This document shows, piece by piece, positions 51,234 through 64,000 of a DNA stretch of 64,000 bases. Source of the stretch: Raillietiella orientalis. Taxonomy: Eukaryota. The DNA lies in NCBI GenBank assembly GCA_036172245.1, contig JAYWIR010000004.1, forward strand, positions 1,488,001 to 1,552,000. Direction: 5' to 3'. The notes below the pieces were generated by a model. It had not been told where the DNA came from and did no database searches. It saw nothing but the letters and a program-made list of their open reading frames with translations. Made by a program: the position numbers and the translations under genes. Positions within the stretch are counted from its first letter, which is position 1. Every line of letters begins with the position of its first letter.

Positions 51234-53349
51234 ATGACTTCCCGACTGCCCATTTGGAAAAAAAATTGAGAAATGTGGTCTAACTGCTAATCTTCAGGCT
51301 TGCTAATGTAAGCCTGAAGATCAGAGCTAAAGACAGTGCCTGCGGGATAAAACTCCACTATTTTCCTGCAGAAGTGCTTTCTTTTTGCTTTTCTCTTCTG
51401 AGCATTTAGAGTGAGTTCATCTCTGAGTGTCTCATAACTTTTATGCAATTTCTCCAAATTTACAGAGTATAAAGAAGGTTAGCGCTCTCAAATATCGTAC
51501 GATGCAAATAAAAAAAAAAAAAAAACCCCTCTCTGAACTGTGAGTTTTTGGAAGAACTGTAAAAGGACGTTGCCTTGTGTCAATGCGCTCTCTGGTTTGC
51601 TATTAGCTCTCGATCTTCTAGGTACTCTAGCAAAAGAGTGGTGTTTGAGTACCCGGGATTTGTCGGGAAGAGTTATTTGCCTGTTGCAATCCAAGTGTGC
51701 TACTTTAATGCTTGTCTTCGAGGTGTGAGGAACGATGGGGCCCATATTCAAGTTGAGACGCTTTCTTGCGGGAAGTTGTGCAATTGAAGGAAGACTTAGA
51801 AGGTAGCGTTGTTGTGGGTGTAAGGTAAGGGTAAGCAGCCGTCAGTGGTCTGTATTGATCTGTTCATGGAGGAGAAGGATTCTCTGGTATATAGAGTACG
51901 CTTTAGAGAGATCACAGCTCCTGTTGATTGATTGAGAGCAGGTCTATATAGGAAGTCCGAGTTTCAGAAATGAGGAATATCTCAGAGAATGGGTGTGTCC
52001 CGGCAAACGGCATCCATTGCCAGCTGGCGCCCGCTGCACTCATGCCACTTTCTCAAAGATGCTTCCCTCCCTATTTTTTGCTTCTCTGTTGTTCGAAAGA
52101 CAGCCATCTCTCATGAATAAGCTTTTCCTTTATAACGAACGAATTATCGTTGGCAAGAGGAACACTTTTCTGCTGACACTCCCAAAATATTGCTTAGACC
52201 CAGCTTCGTACCAAAACATCGTGGATTTGTAAAACTTTGCTTATTTTGTCTCCTTTATTCCTGTCCCTCTCCATCCTACGAGAAGATTCACATAATTTCG
52301 CTTATCCGAACAACTAATCTTGGTTGTCTTTTGCAGGCAGTATTTTTTCAAGTTCTTTCACTGAGAAAGAAACATCCCATCCTATTTTGCAAACAGGCCG
52401 TCAGAGATTAAGTGTATCGATCCTTCTCCGATTTTGATCTTCGGCGCATTGTTTTCCATGAACTGAAGGGATCGGAGAATTGGTTCAATGACAGTGAAGT
52501 ATCGTGACGTGTTTTTGTTCTAAGCGTGTCCGTAACACAGATGCCTTGCCCCCTCGACTCGAAAAGATTGGAATGCAAGGATGCGACAACATTCACACTT
52601 CTCCTTCCGCAGTAATTCACTAAAAGTTACCTGCAGGATGCGTTTCATTTAGCCACCATCAGCTGATGTTTCAGCCGGAAATTTTTCGGCAATCCCAACT
52701 TTCACGCTTCCTCGAAATCTGCAACCGTTTGGTACTCGCTTCTGCCGATCTCATCATGCATCTCGCGGCTTGAATGCCCTCGGTTTCGGTTCCTCGAGAC
52801 AGAATTAAAGGTAACAAAGGGATCACAAGACTGAGTTTGTAAAGCTGCTGCGAGTCTCATAAAACCCTGATCATTAGCCTCTAAAAGAAATGCGAGAATC
52901 TCGGGAAGGAGTCTTGCACTCCTTCCCGAGAACAAGAACTAGCATTGCAACTGGTGTCTGCAGATATGTCCTTGAGCTCAATCTGCAAAGGCCTTCAGCT
53001 CCAAAAAATCCCTAGGACGGACCTCTGACCCCTGAGCTCGGAGAAGCCCGGCAAAAGCTGCTGCCATGCGTCCACATCCTCCCAATCAGCTTTTCATGAT
53101 TTCAGGTTTTCTCGTCTTCTCAAATCCATCACCATTCAAACGCTCACAACTTTGAATCCCCTTTAAATGGGTTTTGATTTCTTTCGAATTCTCGGCTCCC
53201 CTCTGATGAAAGTGACCGTCTCTTCCCAATGTGTGCGGAATCGCCTCCTTGTAGATCGTGCACACATTCGCTGCTGACCATGTTTGGCATTCTATCAAAT
53301 GCTGACTGTTTTCTGGCTATTAGAAACCAATCGAGGAAGCGGAATCTCC

Positions 53350-53700
53350 TGCGCATCGAGAAGCAGCTGTCTTCAAATCTACTGGGTGGCCGAAGCGAAA
53401 ATATTTTTTTTTAGCTAACTTTTTGTTTCCTTCTGCTAGAGTGAATGCACGAACAAATTCAGAAAGGTCCTCTCGGATCCTGGGTGAGTTTGAGTTCAAA
53501 CCAGCTTTCATCTTCAATTATCAATCAATGCAGTCGTCGGTGCTTTCTCAAGAGATGCTTACAGGTTTGTTCCTATTTCCACCACACGCATCTTCAGCGT
53601 GCAACACACATTCGCTGCAGGAGGTCCACGAAGAGCAAGTCTTGCTGGCAGAGTTGCCCTTAGGTCCATGTTGCTTGTTCAGGCTGCATTTGGCCTCGAA
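53350..53700 (-). mobile_element. Decayed RT C-terminal fragment
   Basis: LHAEDAC (LYADD-like), AGLNSN (GLxIN), KYFRFGHP (YLG region) in order. Confidence 0.4.
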
Positions 53701-56049
53701 TCAACCAGAAGTTCACCAACGGGGTCCTTCAAAGATGCAGCGTGTTTCACCCTGACCCTCGAATCGTCGCGGGATTTCCAAGAGAAACTCGATTCTATTC
53801 ATTTGTTCGTTGCGATTTTTATTTACTTCTAGCTTATCTTATATAATCAAGTCTTATTGGATGCAAACGAGTCATTCAGCTGTTATATAACAGTGTTAGG
53901 GTGGCGAAGAGAAGACAGGGAAAACAAACTAAAATCCTTGAGCACCAATGATCTGTTCCCCCCCCCCCCATCATTCTGAGTTTATCGTGAATTTTTTCCC
54001 CCTCTTATAGGTAATGTCAGTTTTGATTCCTTTTCAGAAATGCCTCCTGAGACTCATGGTTCTCTTCAGTCTTTGCTTACCATGTCTTCCGAAAAAATCG
54101 ATTTTTTTAGATGCAGAACGGTTCTGAGTTCGAATCCATGACCACTATCTCAGTGATTTCTCTTTTAGCAAACATGCCTCTTCAGTCAGTGTTTTGCTTT
54201 CACAGCTACAGCTTTTCAAATCCGTTAGCCATAGTTCACTTCTACTTACTTTAGTTGGTTTCTTTGACCAAGCCAAAGTCATTCTTCAGGGGTTTCTGCA
54301 TTTTAATCAGCCTCAAGAGAAAAGCTTTCAGTTCCGAGCTTTCAACTCTTTTCTCAAAATAGGGGTCGTTCCTTATGGAATGGATTGCGACACCTATCTG
54401 CCAATAACTGGCATGGTCTAGAAATTCTCTCGGATACCCGTGCCCTAAAACAAAAGATTCTGGCTGCTGACCTCTACTGTTTCCTGATTCTGTGATTCTA
54501 CTGTATGAGAAGTGTAAATGGAATCAGCTTAACTGAGGAGACGACACTTGATTTACGCTCGATCTACCTTCCGCTTCCAATTCTCTTCACTGTTGCTGCC
54601 TATCTTTGTTCTGCTCAGGTATTCCTCAACCAACAACACGATGCTTTGGAATGGTGGATCTCTGTATCCAGGTACTCTAGAACGGATGGGAATCTCAAAG
54701 GCAGCTTATCTTCTGGAAATGTTACCGAAAGGAACTTTAGAACAAGTATTGAGTTGCAAGTAGCACTGTGTGGACCTTTCCACGAACCTTCATGCCGCAA
54801 GACTACCGGCTGACGCTTGCCGACGGGGTTTGAGCACAGCCATCACTTCGTGACCATTCCAGACATCCCGTCGTTGTGCTAGCATCTTGTCTCGGTTGGT
54901 GAGACGTAGATTCAAACGGACGTTCCGCCTTGAGGGCTGCTCGGCGCGCATCTCTTTCGCCTTCCAAATCAAGAACTCAGAGCTCCGAAAAATAGCCACT
55001 GTAAAATGCCAACCAAGGAACTAAGTATACAAAGGTGTATGATGGAAAGCGAGTACATTGAAGGAATAGCTCATATGCAGTTCGAGAAGTCCTTGACTTC
55101 GGGAGTTTCGCTCCAATGAGATGAAATGAAGCAGATGGCGGAATTTATTACAACAGCTCTATGATTTGAAACTTGAAAAGTTCCACTCAGCGTTTCTGAG
55201 AGGAATAATGGATGCGCGAGCTTGATAAATGCTCCCCAAATTGAAGAAATAAGCTCTTATTTGTCAGGTGGCATTTGCTGGCCAGGGCACCAAGACTTCA
55301 ACATGCACCGTAAAAGAACCACTAACTTGAAAAGCTGCTCATGGCCTTCAGAAAACACCTCGACGTACTTGACTTGATGTTCTGTGCACCCAACACCTTT
55401 GCGGATTCAGTGGAAGAATCAGACGGAATGCCATGCTATCATGAAACTTCTATGCCGGTAGCACAGCGTCGGGAAGGAAAATTCCCTTTGATAGTTTGTT
55501 GATATCCTATGCTGCTGTGAATGTGTTTCTGGAAGTTTCGTTTCTCTAAAATCGCGCTCAGCCGATCGTAAGCATTTGCAAGCGTCGAATGCACTGTGCT
55601 GAGGAACATTCCATTCTGGAATGCTTGAAATGCGAGCAGTGCAGGCATACATATAATGAGATTTCACTCGAGAAATTTTTGCGGCCCTCATGCTTATAAC
55701 GAAATATCTGTACGCTATGAAAATCCAAGGATGTCTTAGGGAGGAAAAAAAAAAAAAAAATGGCAGGTATCGTTTTCAGGCTTTTCGCACAGCTGATCGT
55801 ATCCTTGCTCGATTTGATCACTCCTTTTTGCTCAGAAAGAACCGTCGGCTAACTCCGTCACGTCTGGGTATGGACTGCTGCTTTCTCTCCATGGTAGTAA
55901 GTAATACGGTTAGCTAATTGAGCGATTCGATTTGTCCTCATGGAAAACATCCAGTTGCTTCCTCTGCATCCTGCATCCGATATTTTCATTGCCAAGCGCA
56001 TGGCTTCGGTTTTTATTTCAGTCATCTTCTCTAAATCTCATGTTGCAGT

Positions 56050-56920
56050 CTCTGTGAGCTGAAACGAGATGCCAATTTGTATGCGTAGCAGATGGACATG
56101 CTTGATGGCAGATAATGCCTTCCCTTCCAGATTTCGCTCAGTCTGTGCGAAGTTTGGAGCGGTCGGCTCCTTTCGTGATGAGCATCGGGTACTCCTTCGC
56201 TGCTGTTGGCTAATTTCACAGGGAGCACTTTCCGACACAATCCGCAGAGCAAGGGGATCATCACTCCTGAGTATGACTGTCGAACATGCCTTGCCGACTG
56301 AGAATTAGAAGGGATCGGTCCTCTCTAAGCGATTGCATGGGTAAGAGAAACGCAAAACAGTGAGCAGCAATAGCTTGCCAGCGCCTCCTGCCTCGTGATT
56401 CCCCCCCGCCCCCTCTCCCCCAAAACACAAGTCACGTGGATTGAAACATTCGGATTCTGAGTTTCTGTTCTCGGTCGAGCTCCGCATGCTGCAAAGCAAC
56501 AACAGCGGGATTGCTTCTGAGGTGCCGGGCCGAACTTCTGGAACGTTGTGTCCTGGCAATCATGTTTCCTCTAGACGCATATTCAAGCATCAGTGCTTGC
56601 TGGTCTGTAGTACCTTGCTCAAGACAAGTGTTTCGTTTTCCGATAGAAGGATCAAAAGTTTTCCCCCTGAGTAAAATCGGGAACTTGTTCTTATGGCTTT
56701 TCTGTCTTTGAGGGGAGGTCTGCAGTTCCCGCGGAGTAGTCGCGAGAATCCGAGGCAAATTTAAGATAGTCGCGTGCCGGATGAGTCTCTGAAATTTCCG
56801 CAACTTTTCCTGAGATCAAGAATTCTGGGACACAGCTGGATCAAAATAGCTTATCATCTCCCAACCTGGAAGATGCCAACTCATTCGTATTGATCGTTGA
56901 GGATGCACAGATATCCCAGC
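56050..56920 (-). mobile_element. Decayed L1-type ORF2 fragment
   Basis: RSIRMSWHLPGWEMISYF (RSRxxWxxxGExxTxYF) and LITKGADRSKL (LLxKxGD). Confidence 0.4.
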
Positions 56921-59900
56921 TTTTTCCTGTACTTGATGACCGGAATCAATAGGTCCTGGAATCTGCTTCAAAATAACGTTCCTCTTGTACTTTCTCATTT
57001 TCAAATCACATATTGTTTTTCCGGGTGTCTCCCTCCCATAACATTTACAGTAACAGTTCATTTCTTGTGTGTGTTTCCCATTGGAGAAACCGCGTCATAA
57101 GGAATCAAATGAAGGGTACGGCTGGTTGAATTTCTCATTGGTAGAGAGATGTTATTAATTCAAGACGTGATTATTATTTAACACAGGCGAAACACGTCAC
57201 TTGTAAGACAAGCGCCTAACAAATTTATCCCAGTCGTCCTGCCATGAGGGTTTCAAGATACTTGCTCGCAGCAGCCATATTGCAAGCAGGAGTTCACGAA
57301 AAGGAAGTGAAAACTCCATCTTACTGCTCTTCAGTTCAGCATGCTTCCAGGAATCGTGCGTCCTGATCCTTTATTTTCTGAAAGGGGAGGAATCCAGATG
57401 GATTCTTCTGCTCCTCTGAAAAAAAGTCGCATGATTTGAAAACGAATCTGAAAACAAAGGATTCATCCACATCTATCAATACGGAGCTACAGCTATCCGT
57501 TGAACGAATAGACATCCGATAGAGAAGACAGATGAACACTGGAGCCGGATGAGCAGTTTTCGTACGCACGCCATATCTCTCGCTCTTTCTGTGTTGCTCT
57601 GTTTAAATGGATTGCTGCTAAGCCGTCCATCACAAGGATGCCGCGAAAGCCACGACCGCTGTTTGTAAACCGCTGATTTGTTCTAAGCTGAAGATTACCA
57701 CGAGCTCCTTAAAACCAGCCCCATCAGCCCGAGTTGGGGCATGCCACAGGACTGCCATGACAACCTTAACTTTCCAACTCTCATATCCGTCGCTTGGTCT
57801 CCAGTCCTCGAAATGTACGCTAAAGTGCGTCTTGAGCAGGAAAAGTGCAGGGCAGGAAAATGTCTTTGTGCGCGTGTGTGTGTTTTTGCAGCCAATGTGC
57901 GCTACTTGGTACCTAAGAGGCGATAGGGACCTCGGTTATGAAAATTGCCACCCGGGGAACAAGTTCACCTTCACTATCGAGTGCACTTGAAGTTTGTTAA
58001 AAATTGTATAAGGGCATAACATCTTCGCACACGAATCACATCACATCGAAATGTAGGGGTCCGTCTTCGTATAGGGAACAAAAGGGAAATAGGGAAAGAC
58101 GGCAATTCGTTTTCAGAGCTCCCTGCTGTCTTTTCACTGGCTTGATTGCGCGAATGATCCTAGATGATTCCGCCTATGGTTAGTTCCTTCGTTTAGAGGT
58201 CGAATATTCCCTTCGCCGACTTCATGATAGGAACCAGTGGCCAAACTAACCACTCCCTCTAAAGATGGACTTTTTCTGTGCTGCACTCTAGTGATTCCGA
58301 AGGAGAGGTCATTTCCAGAATTCCACTGCCCGATTATCGGTTACCGAAACGCTTGAAAAGGCAGGAAAGCAGGAACCTTTGGCTAATCTGGACTCTATTG
58401 AGCTTGATTTCCCGTCTCTTCGCTGATTGTGGATTGGGCTTGAAAAAATTTCGGCACTTCCGGAAAAGGTAGGGAAGTCGGCTTTGTAGGAGGCGTAAGT
58501 AACTGCAATGCCAACTCAGCTAACGCAAACAGTCTGCAGCCTGATTCAAGGCTTTGCGTTTCTTAATCCATTGAGAAGTAATTGGTTTCTTCTCTCATCA
58601 TCGTATCTCTGTCAACAGATTATTTTCTTGTCAGCTTCTTTTCGTAATCGATCATTTTCGCTATAAATCATCGGCCTTCCTTGCCACTGTTTTTGTTTTG
58701 ACTGATTGCTGTTATCGACTCATTACTTACACGGATGCTCACATTTGCTTGATAAATGCCATTACAGATAAATGCCTCTATCTGGCGAATTTTCGCCCCA
58801 GTGAATAAATCGTGTAACACGCATCAACGTAGACAAATCATTACTCTCCAATGCTTGGCATCGAGAGTAATGACATGATTGGTATGTACCCGGAAGAAAA
58901 TTCTCATTATAGGAAAAGATTTCATGTCATTTGCCCAGGTCTTGCATGTAAAAACTCTGGAAGCCTAATTAAATAATTCATCCAATAAGAAAGTACACCA
59001 AAATGAACGATGAAATTATCAGGTTTTCTCCTTTAAACAGATCTGTGCTTACGAAATTTGAAACTCGAGTGGAAGCTTGGATGCTCGGAGCGCGCTTCCG
59101 TGAGGTTTGCTTTGAGGTTCGCACGACTTTCCACCATGGAAGGAAATATTCAATTAAAAGAGCCATTACTTGGAGATTATGGACCAAGAAAATAACATGT
59201 CCCTTCGTCCGCTGAAAGTCCAACTGAGGGTGGGTGTTGCATCTGCTCATGCGCCGTGTGCACTGTACATGCACAGTCACAGATGCGTGCTGTGCACTTG
59301 TGGTACGTGTTCGTGGCGATTCACGCACAATGTTCAGGAAAACTGAAAGACAAACACAGTACGAAACATTTCTGCTACAGTCGTTCTCCTCGTATCACAG
59401 TGGTGCTGCTGCATGATCGATAACGTCCCGAGCATAGAATAGAGAACAGGAGATCGCACACGAATGTGTACGTCTGTACGCATGTTCACACAGTTCCGAT
59501 GCTTTCATCCATCAATAATTGAGCAAAATGACCCACAATCATTTCCTCATTGATCCCTCATTTCAGATGATTTGCATGTAAGGAGGCAGAATCTTGAAAA
59601 ATCGAATTTCCTGTAGAACCGGAATGCTGCCTGATGGCAGCATTCCGGTTGCAGTGGATCTTTCCAGTACAATGATAAAAGGATCATTTGAAACACACTC
59701 TCAATTTTCTAGGGACTGGAGCCATTTGGATCTTGGATGTTCCCTGTCTTGTTGATCCTTCCTTTACCATTCATATCTCAGTTTACTTTATTCCACAGCA
59801 GTGTTCAACCAATCTCTTTATTATCGACAAGTTTGCATGAAGTTTGCTATTCACTATACAGATTTCACGGTGCAATTTCTTGGTTCATGTGCTCCAGAAA

Positions 59901-60299
59901 CGATTCTCCCCATCCTGTTACTTCATATAGAGAAGCAAATTAAAAAAAGCGATGAAGACATAATTCACAAAACGGGAGCTTTCATGCAGAAAATGAAAAC
60001 CAAAGCTGGAATGAAATGAGCAAAAAAGAGTCTCTAAATCTTATCCCTTTGAACTCGATAGAATCGGGAAGTGTTTCAAGGTCGTGTGTCTAAGAGCCTG
60101 AAGGATTGAAGAAGGTTTTGCTTCCATACTCGGATAACATGTGTAATATCCAATATTTTTTTTTGGTTTTTTTTTTGAAAAAAATCTCTCACTTTACCTT
60201 TTCGAATCTGAATTCATCGTGCTTAACTCTATGAGTAACCGTCGCAACTCTGCAGTAATTTATTCGAAGTTGTAGCGAATTTCCCAGATGTACGCCAGA

Positions 60300-60700
60300 G
60301 TTTCAGGTCTTCCGTTATCCTAATGTACTCGCAAGCATCCCATGAATAATTTTCTCCGAATAAAAGGGTGTATGAAAATATGTATCCATTTACAAAGCTC
60401 CAGAACATCGCAAGACTGGAAAGATGCTTGAAAATCATGCCAGGCCTATCACGTCCTTCAGCATCCTCGAGGACCACCACACGTGCTGAACCAACATCAA
60501 ATTTCGCAGCGCCTTGTTCAAAAAGGAATCCGTAAATTGAATCCAAAGGTTCATTCTGGTGAGTCGAATCGATCTTCCTTTCAATTGAGCTTCCCTGTAA
60601 CCCAAAGCAGAATCAGGATCAACTTCTGAGACGAGGCGAATACCCGGCCGCGCTTGCTTTTGATCGCCGTCCGGACTTCTTGCAATGGAAGAAGAATTTC
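60300..60700 (-). mobile_element. Decayed L1-type RT fragment
   Basis: LKGRSI (GFxKGRSI), then VVVLEDAEGRDR...FWSFVNG (LDxEKAFDRV...GF..FI). Confidence 0.45.
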
Positions 60701-61390
60701 GAGCAGCACGGTAATTCCTTTCAAAATAACCAAAGGCTTTAGTTTTTGACTTCAATCATGGTTGCCGAATATTGGAAAGCAGCCTCTTTTTTTGCCTCAC
60801 GTATGGATAGCAACCGTTTTAACCGAGGTTTGGCAAACAAACAAGTAGACGACTGTTTACGGAAATTTGGAATTTGCTCCGCCGCTGTTCCAGCTCTCCG
60901 TGTTCTTTCAGGAAAAAAAAAAAAACAGTTTATAAGAATTATTCATTCCTCTTTTTTTGATGATGCTCCAATCTTTCCGTAATCTTTCCATAAAATTCGT
61001 TCCTGTCTAGTTTTCCGGTTTCCGGTACATTCAGTCTAAGGAAAATTGCCGAGGATGAAGAATCATCCCTGACACGAATATATCCTTTAATAATTTCACA
61101 GATTTTCACAGTTCTTATTATATTTTCTAACTGACCAATTCGTCATTGAAAAAAAAATTCTGCTGTTACCCCCTGTTAGTTTCAAGCCCCGTGTTCTGTT
61201 TAGAACTACCATTATGAGATACCCACTACTACTGGAACCACTAACTTACTAAATGAAATGCTCACTTACTAAACCTCAAACTGCAATATCTCGCATCTGT
61301 AGCCGAGAAGGTGTACCAGTTCGATATCATTGTGAGCACACACCTTGAGTTGTGATGTATGTATGTCCTTTTTGATAAGGAGACTTGTTG

Positions 61391-62160
61391 TTTCCCACCC
61401 GGGTGCGCAGGGGTGTTTATTTCTAAACTATCTGGGAACAGAGTTCTCGGACAAAGGACACAGAAAAACGAAGGGAGGGCTCCCGACATGCAGGGCGCTA
61501 AATCCGAAAGTCCGGAACGGGAGAGAAGGGACCACAAATACACATATAAAAAATATAAATAAAGATATGGGGAGGGGAGGAGACAGGGGTCTTTGGCTTC
61601 GGCCGTTCCTTTCTCTCAGAACTGGCGTTGGATGCCGGAGATCTCGTTCCTTGCGTGTTCTGGAAGATGATGTCAACCGGCAGCCGACGTCATGTTCTCG
61701 TCGGCTATTTCGGTGGCCTCACGACGAATCGCCAGCTTCTCCAGCTGTAGGTGGGCCTTGTCGATGGCGCGGGGGCAACAGACCGTTGCGACCACCGCAC
61801 CTAACGATACCTTTGCCGCCTGGAGTGAAGAAGCGGCGCATCAAATCCCTTGCGGTGTCCCCCTGGAGCAGGAGAGCTGAGGCCAGCCTCCGCCACAGTC
61901 CTTGGAGGACACCGCAGTCCAAAAGCAGGTGCGGGAGCGTTCCTGCTGCTCCGCACCTTTTGCAGTCCGGGGAGGCAACTCCCCCGGAAAGAACGTTGCT
62001 GCGCTGGTTGCAATGGAAACCCCAATGCACCAGCATGATGACGTCCTGCTTCCATGGAAGGGGGAACACAGAAGTGTCCGCGCACGAGGGAGAAACCACA
62101 AGTTCTCCGAGGGGCACACTCAAGAGATCGCTCGACCGAAGGAGTCCCTTCGGGATGCTG
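61391..62160 (-). mobile_element. Best-preserved 5'-truncated L1/Tx1-like LINE copy with CCHC zinc finger, 3' UTR and TSD
   Basis: CKRCGAAGTLPHLLLDC (Cx2Cx7Hx4C, zf-RVT type); 3' UTR homologous to the 49441 and 6333 copies; TSD AAGGAGACTTGTTG (61377-61390) / AAGGAGACCTGTTG (62161-62174). Confidence 0.9.
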
Positions 62161-64000
62161 AAGGAGACCTGTTGTTATGAACTTCTCGAACCCAAGTAAA
62201 TGGAAGCCACACTCCATCCTCAAGTCCTGTGGTCGAAAGTATGCACCCCTGCATTCGGGGTCAGAAGTCTTCCCATTGGGAATTTGAAGTCTTTGGTTGT
62301 TTTGCAAATGGAAAGCATCTTCCATAGGTCTGTGTTGTATTTAAACACCCAGAAATACAGAATAGAGGCACAGAGAAACATTTTGCTGGGGTAGAGGAGT
62401 TTAATTTTCATTCTTGTACCTTAGTTTGCATCTTAGCTCCCTCTTGGTGCTCATGCCTCCCAAGATCTAAGGAATTCTACTTTAAGCTATCTTTCGAATT
62501 TTCTTTGTTTTGCAACTGGGAGTTTACAACACTGTAGGAAAATGCCATCGGAATTTCTTGTTTCCGAAAGTTCCTTTTTCTCATAACACAAATAATTTGG
62601 GAAAATCAGATCAGAATGAAAGAAAAAAAAGAAAAAAAATGGCGTGCGTCATTGGAAGTGCCTAATATTGTGCCTCGAAAAAGTGTCTTTTGAATTGCAT
62701 CCATTTATCTGTTTCGCTTTCGTCGGATGTTGTTTATTGTACTTTGTGCATCAAGATACTGAAGACATTCCGGGGCAGAACACGAACCGAATTTCTTCTA
62801 TTCCAGCCCTGTGTTGCAAAGTGGATGGCTTCGGGAACGACATCCCGATTTTCGTACAATCACTGAATGTGCTTTTACTTGTACCGGAAAATTTCTGGGA
62901 ATCCATCCCCTGGACAGTCAGCAGAAGAGCAGTGGAGTAATGTGTGATTAACTAGCTATTTACATTATTACAGCTGTGAGAAGAATATTGTGGTACACAG
63001 GGAAAATGAAATGCTTTTGAATGTCTATTTCTATCACGAAACCAGTCTAATGCAATGTATCGTATGCAATACACTCTTTGTCATTTGTGTGAGAGCGTTA
63101 CGTATTTCGAATCAAGTGTTTCGTAATTGAAAGTTCACAAAAAATAGAAGATCAGTGAAATGGTGAAATTTTGTCTTCTCATGTATCAAGTCATCGTCCT
63201 TGGATAGCTTTTATTTCCCTTTGAGGATTTTTGTAGTGCTGCCTCCAAGGTGAAAAGAACGCATCTGCTTTGAATATCACTTTCTTCCATGTTTCCCATC
63301 CTTTGGCTCAAGATCCGAATGGAAAGCACACGCAGAAGGTACATCAGCTGCCCACTTTTTTGATGCTTGAATCGATAATGTTTGCATCAGTCAGTGCTAT
63401 GAGCAGTTCGGCTTATCAGACTTGATGCTGAAGAAGAGTGAAATCCATTTATTTATACACGATGCTTGCTAATACATAGAAGACCTGAAGTTTGCAACAC
63501 ATTTCGTGCAAAATACATCAGCTAACACAAATACTTATGAATTAAGACAAATACTCACCTTTATACTTATGAATCAGGTTATGGAACATCGCAGCATATA
63601 ATTACGAGGCTAGGATATAGCCGCATGCCTGTATTAACGTTGTAGTAATGTGTCTGCGCAGCTATGATTTGAATAAACCTTGTGGTAATGTAGCAGTTTT
63701 GTGACTTGAGTACGGGTTTAAGGCCAGTCGGTCCTAAAAGACTCCAGCTGCCCACGCATTACATGAACATGAAGGAAGTTGCGATCTTCGCAGCTGATTG
63801 GTAGCACCTGTGGATTGAGATAACTCCTGCATTCTGCAGACGAAAACCAATTTTGAGGCAAATGTAAACTTCAATTGATCCCCAAAGCTCCTGCAAATTC
63901 CATGACCTCTTGGAACGGTGTCTGGAGAGCCAAGGTTTCCATACACGAGCACACATTGCCATTCCCACGTGATTTTCCACGCACAAAATTAAAATTTTCT

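Noticed and set aside
61345..62199. 284-aa plus-strand ORF (also 910-1716 and 39873-40583) as host genes
   Set aside because: They overlap LINE relics in antisense or shifted frames; GC-rich chance ORFs without independent domain signal
63553..63630. Minus-strand exon with a strong AG/GTGAGT donor
   Set aside because: Stops in all three frames from the nearest acceptor; could only be a UTR or start exon, which cannot be supported here

Overview
Eukaryotic (probably invertebrate animal) non-coding DNA, either intergenic or a very large intron, that is essentially a transposon graveyard. I found no intact protein-coding gene, rRNA, bona fide tRNA or CRISPR array. Most ORFs in the track are chance ORFs or frameshifted remnants of non-LTR retrotransposon proteins (L1/Tx1-like, CR1/L2/Jockey-like, R1-like, and an RNase H-bearing I-like element). 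There is also one nearly full-length, decayed hAT (Buster/SPIN/GTF2IRD2-type) transposase. Two families stand out. (1) An L1/Tx1-like LINE family with at least five 5'-truncated copies, three with readable target-site duplications (TSDs), whose 3' ends keep an ordered set of stem-loops even where the primary sequence has diverged. (2) An unusually long (~720 bp plus microsatellite tail) tRNA-headed SINE-like element carrying a tandem array of UNCG-type hairpins; a second, older copy of it is split by one of the LINE insertions with a TSD. Relic boundaries are approximate and clade calls come from motifs read by eye, not from database searches.
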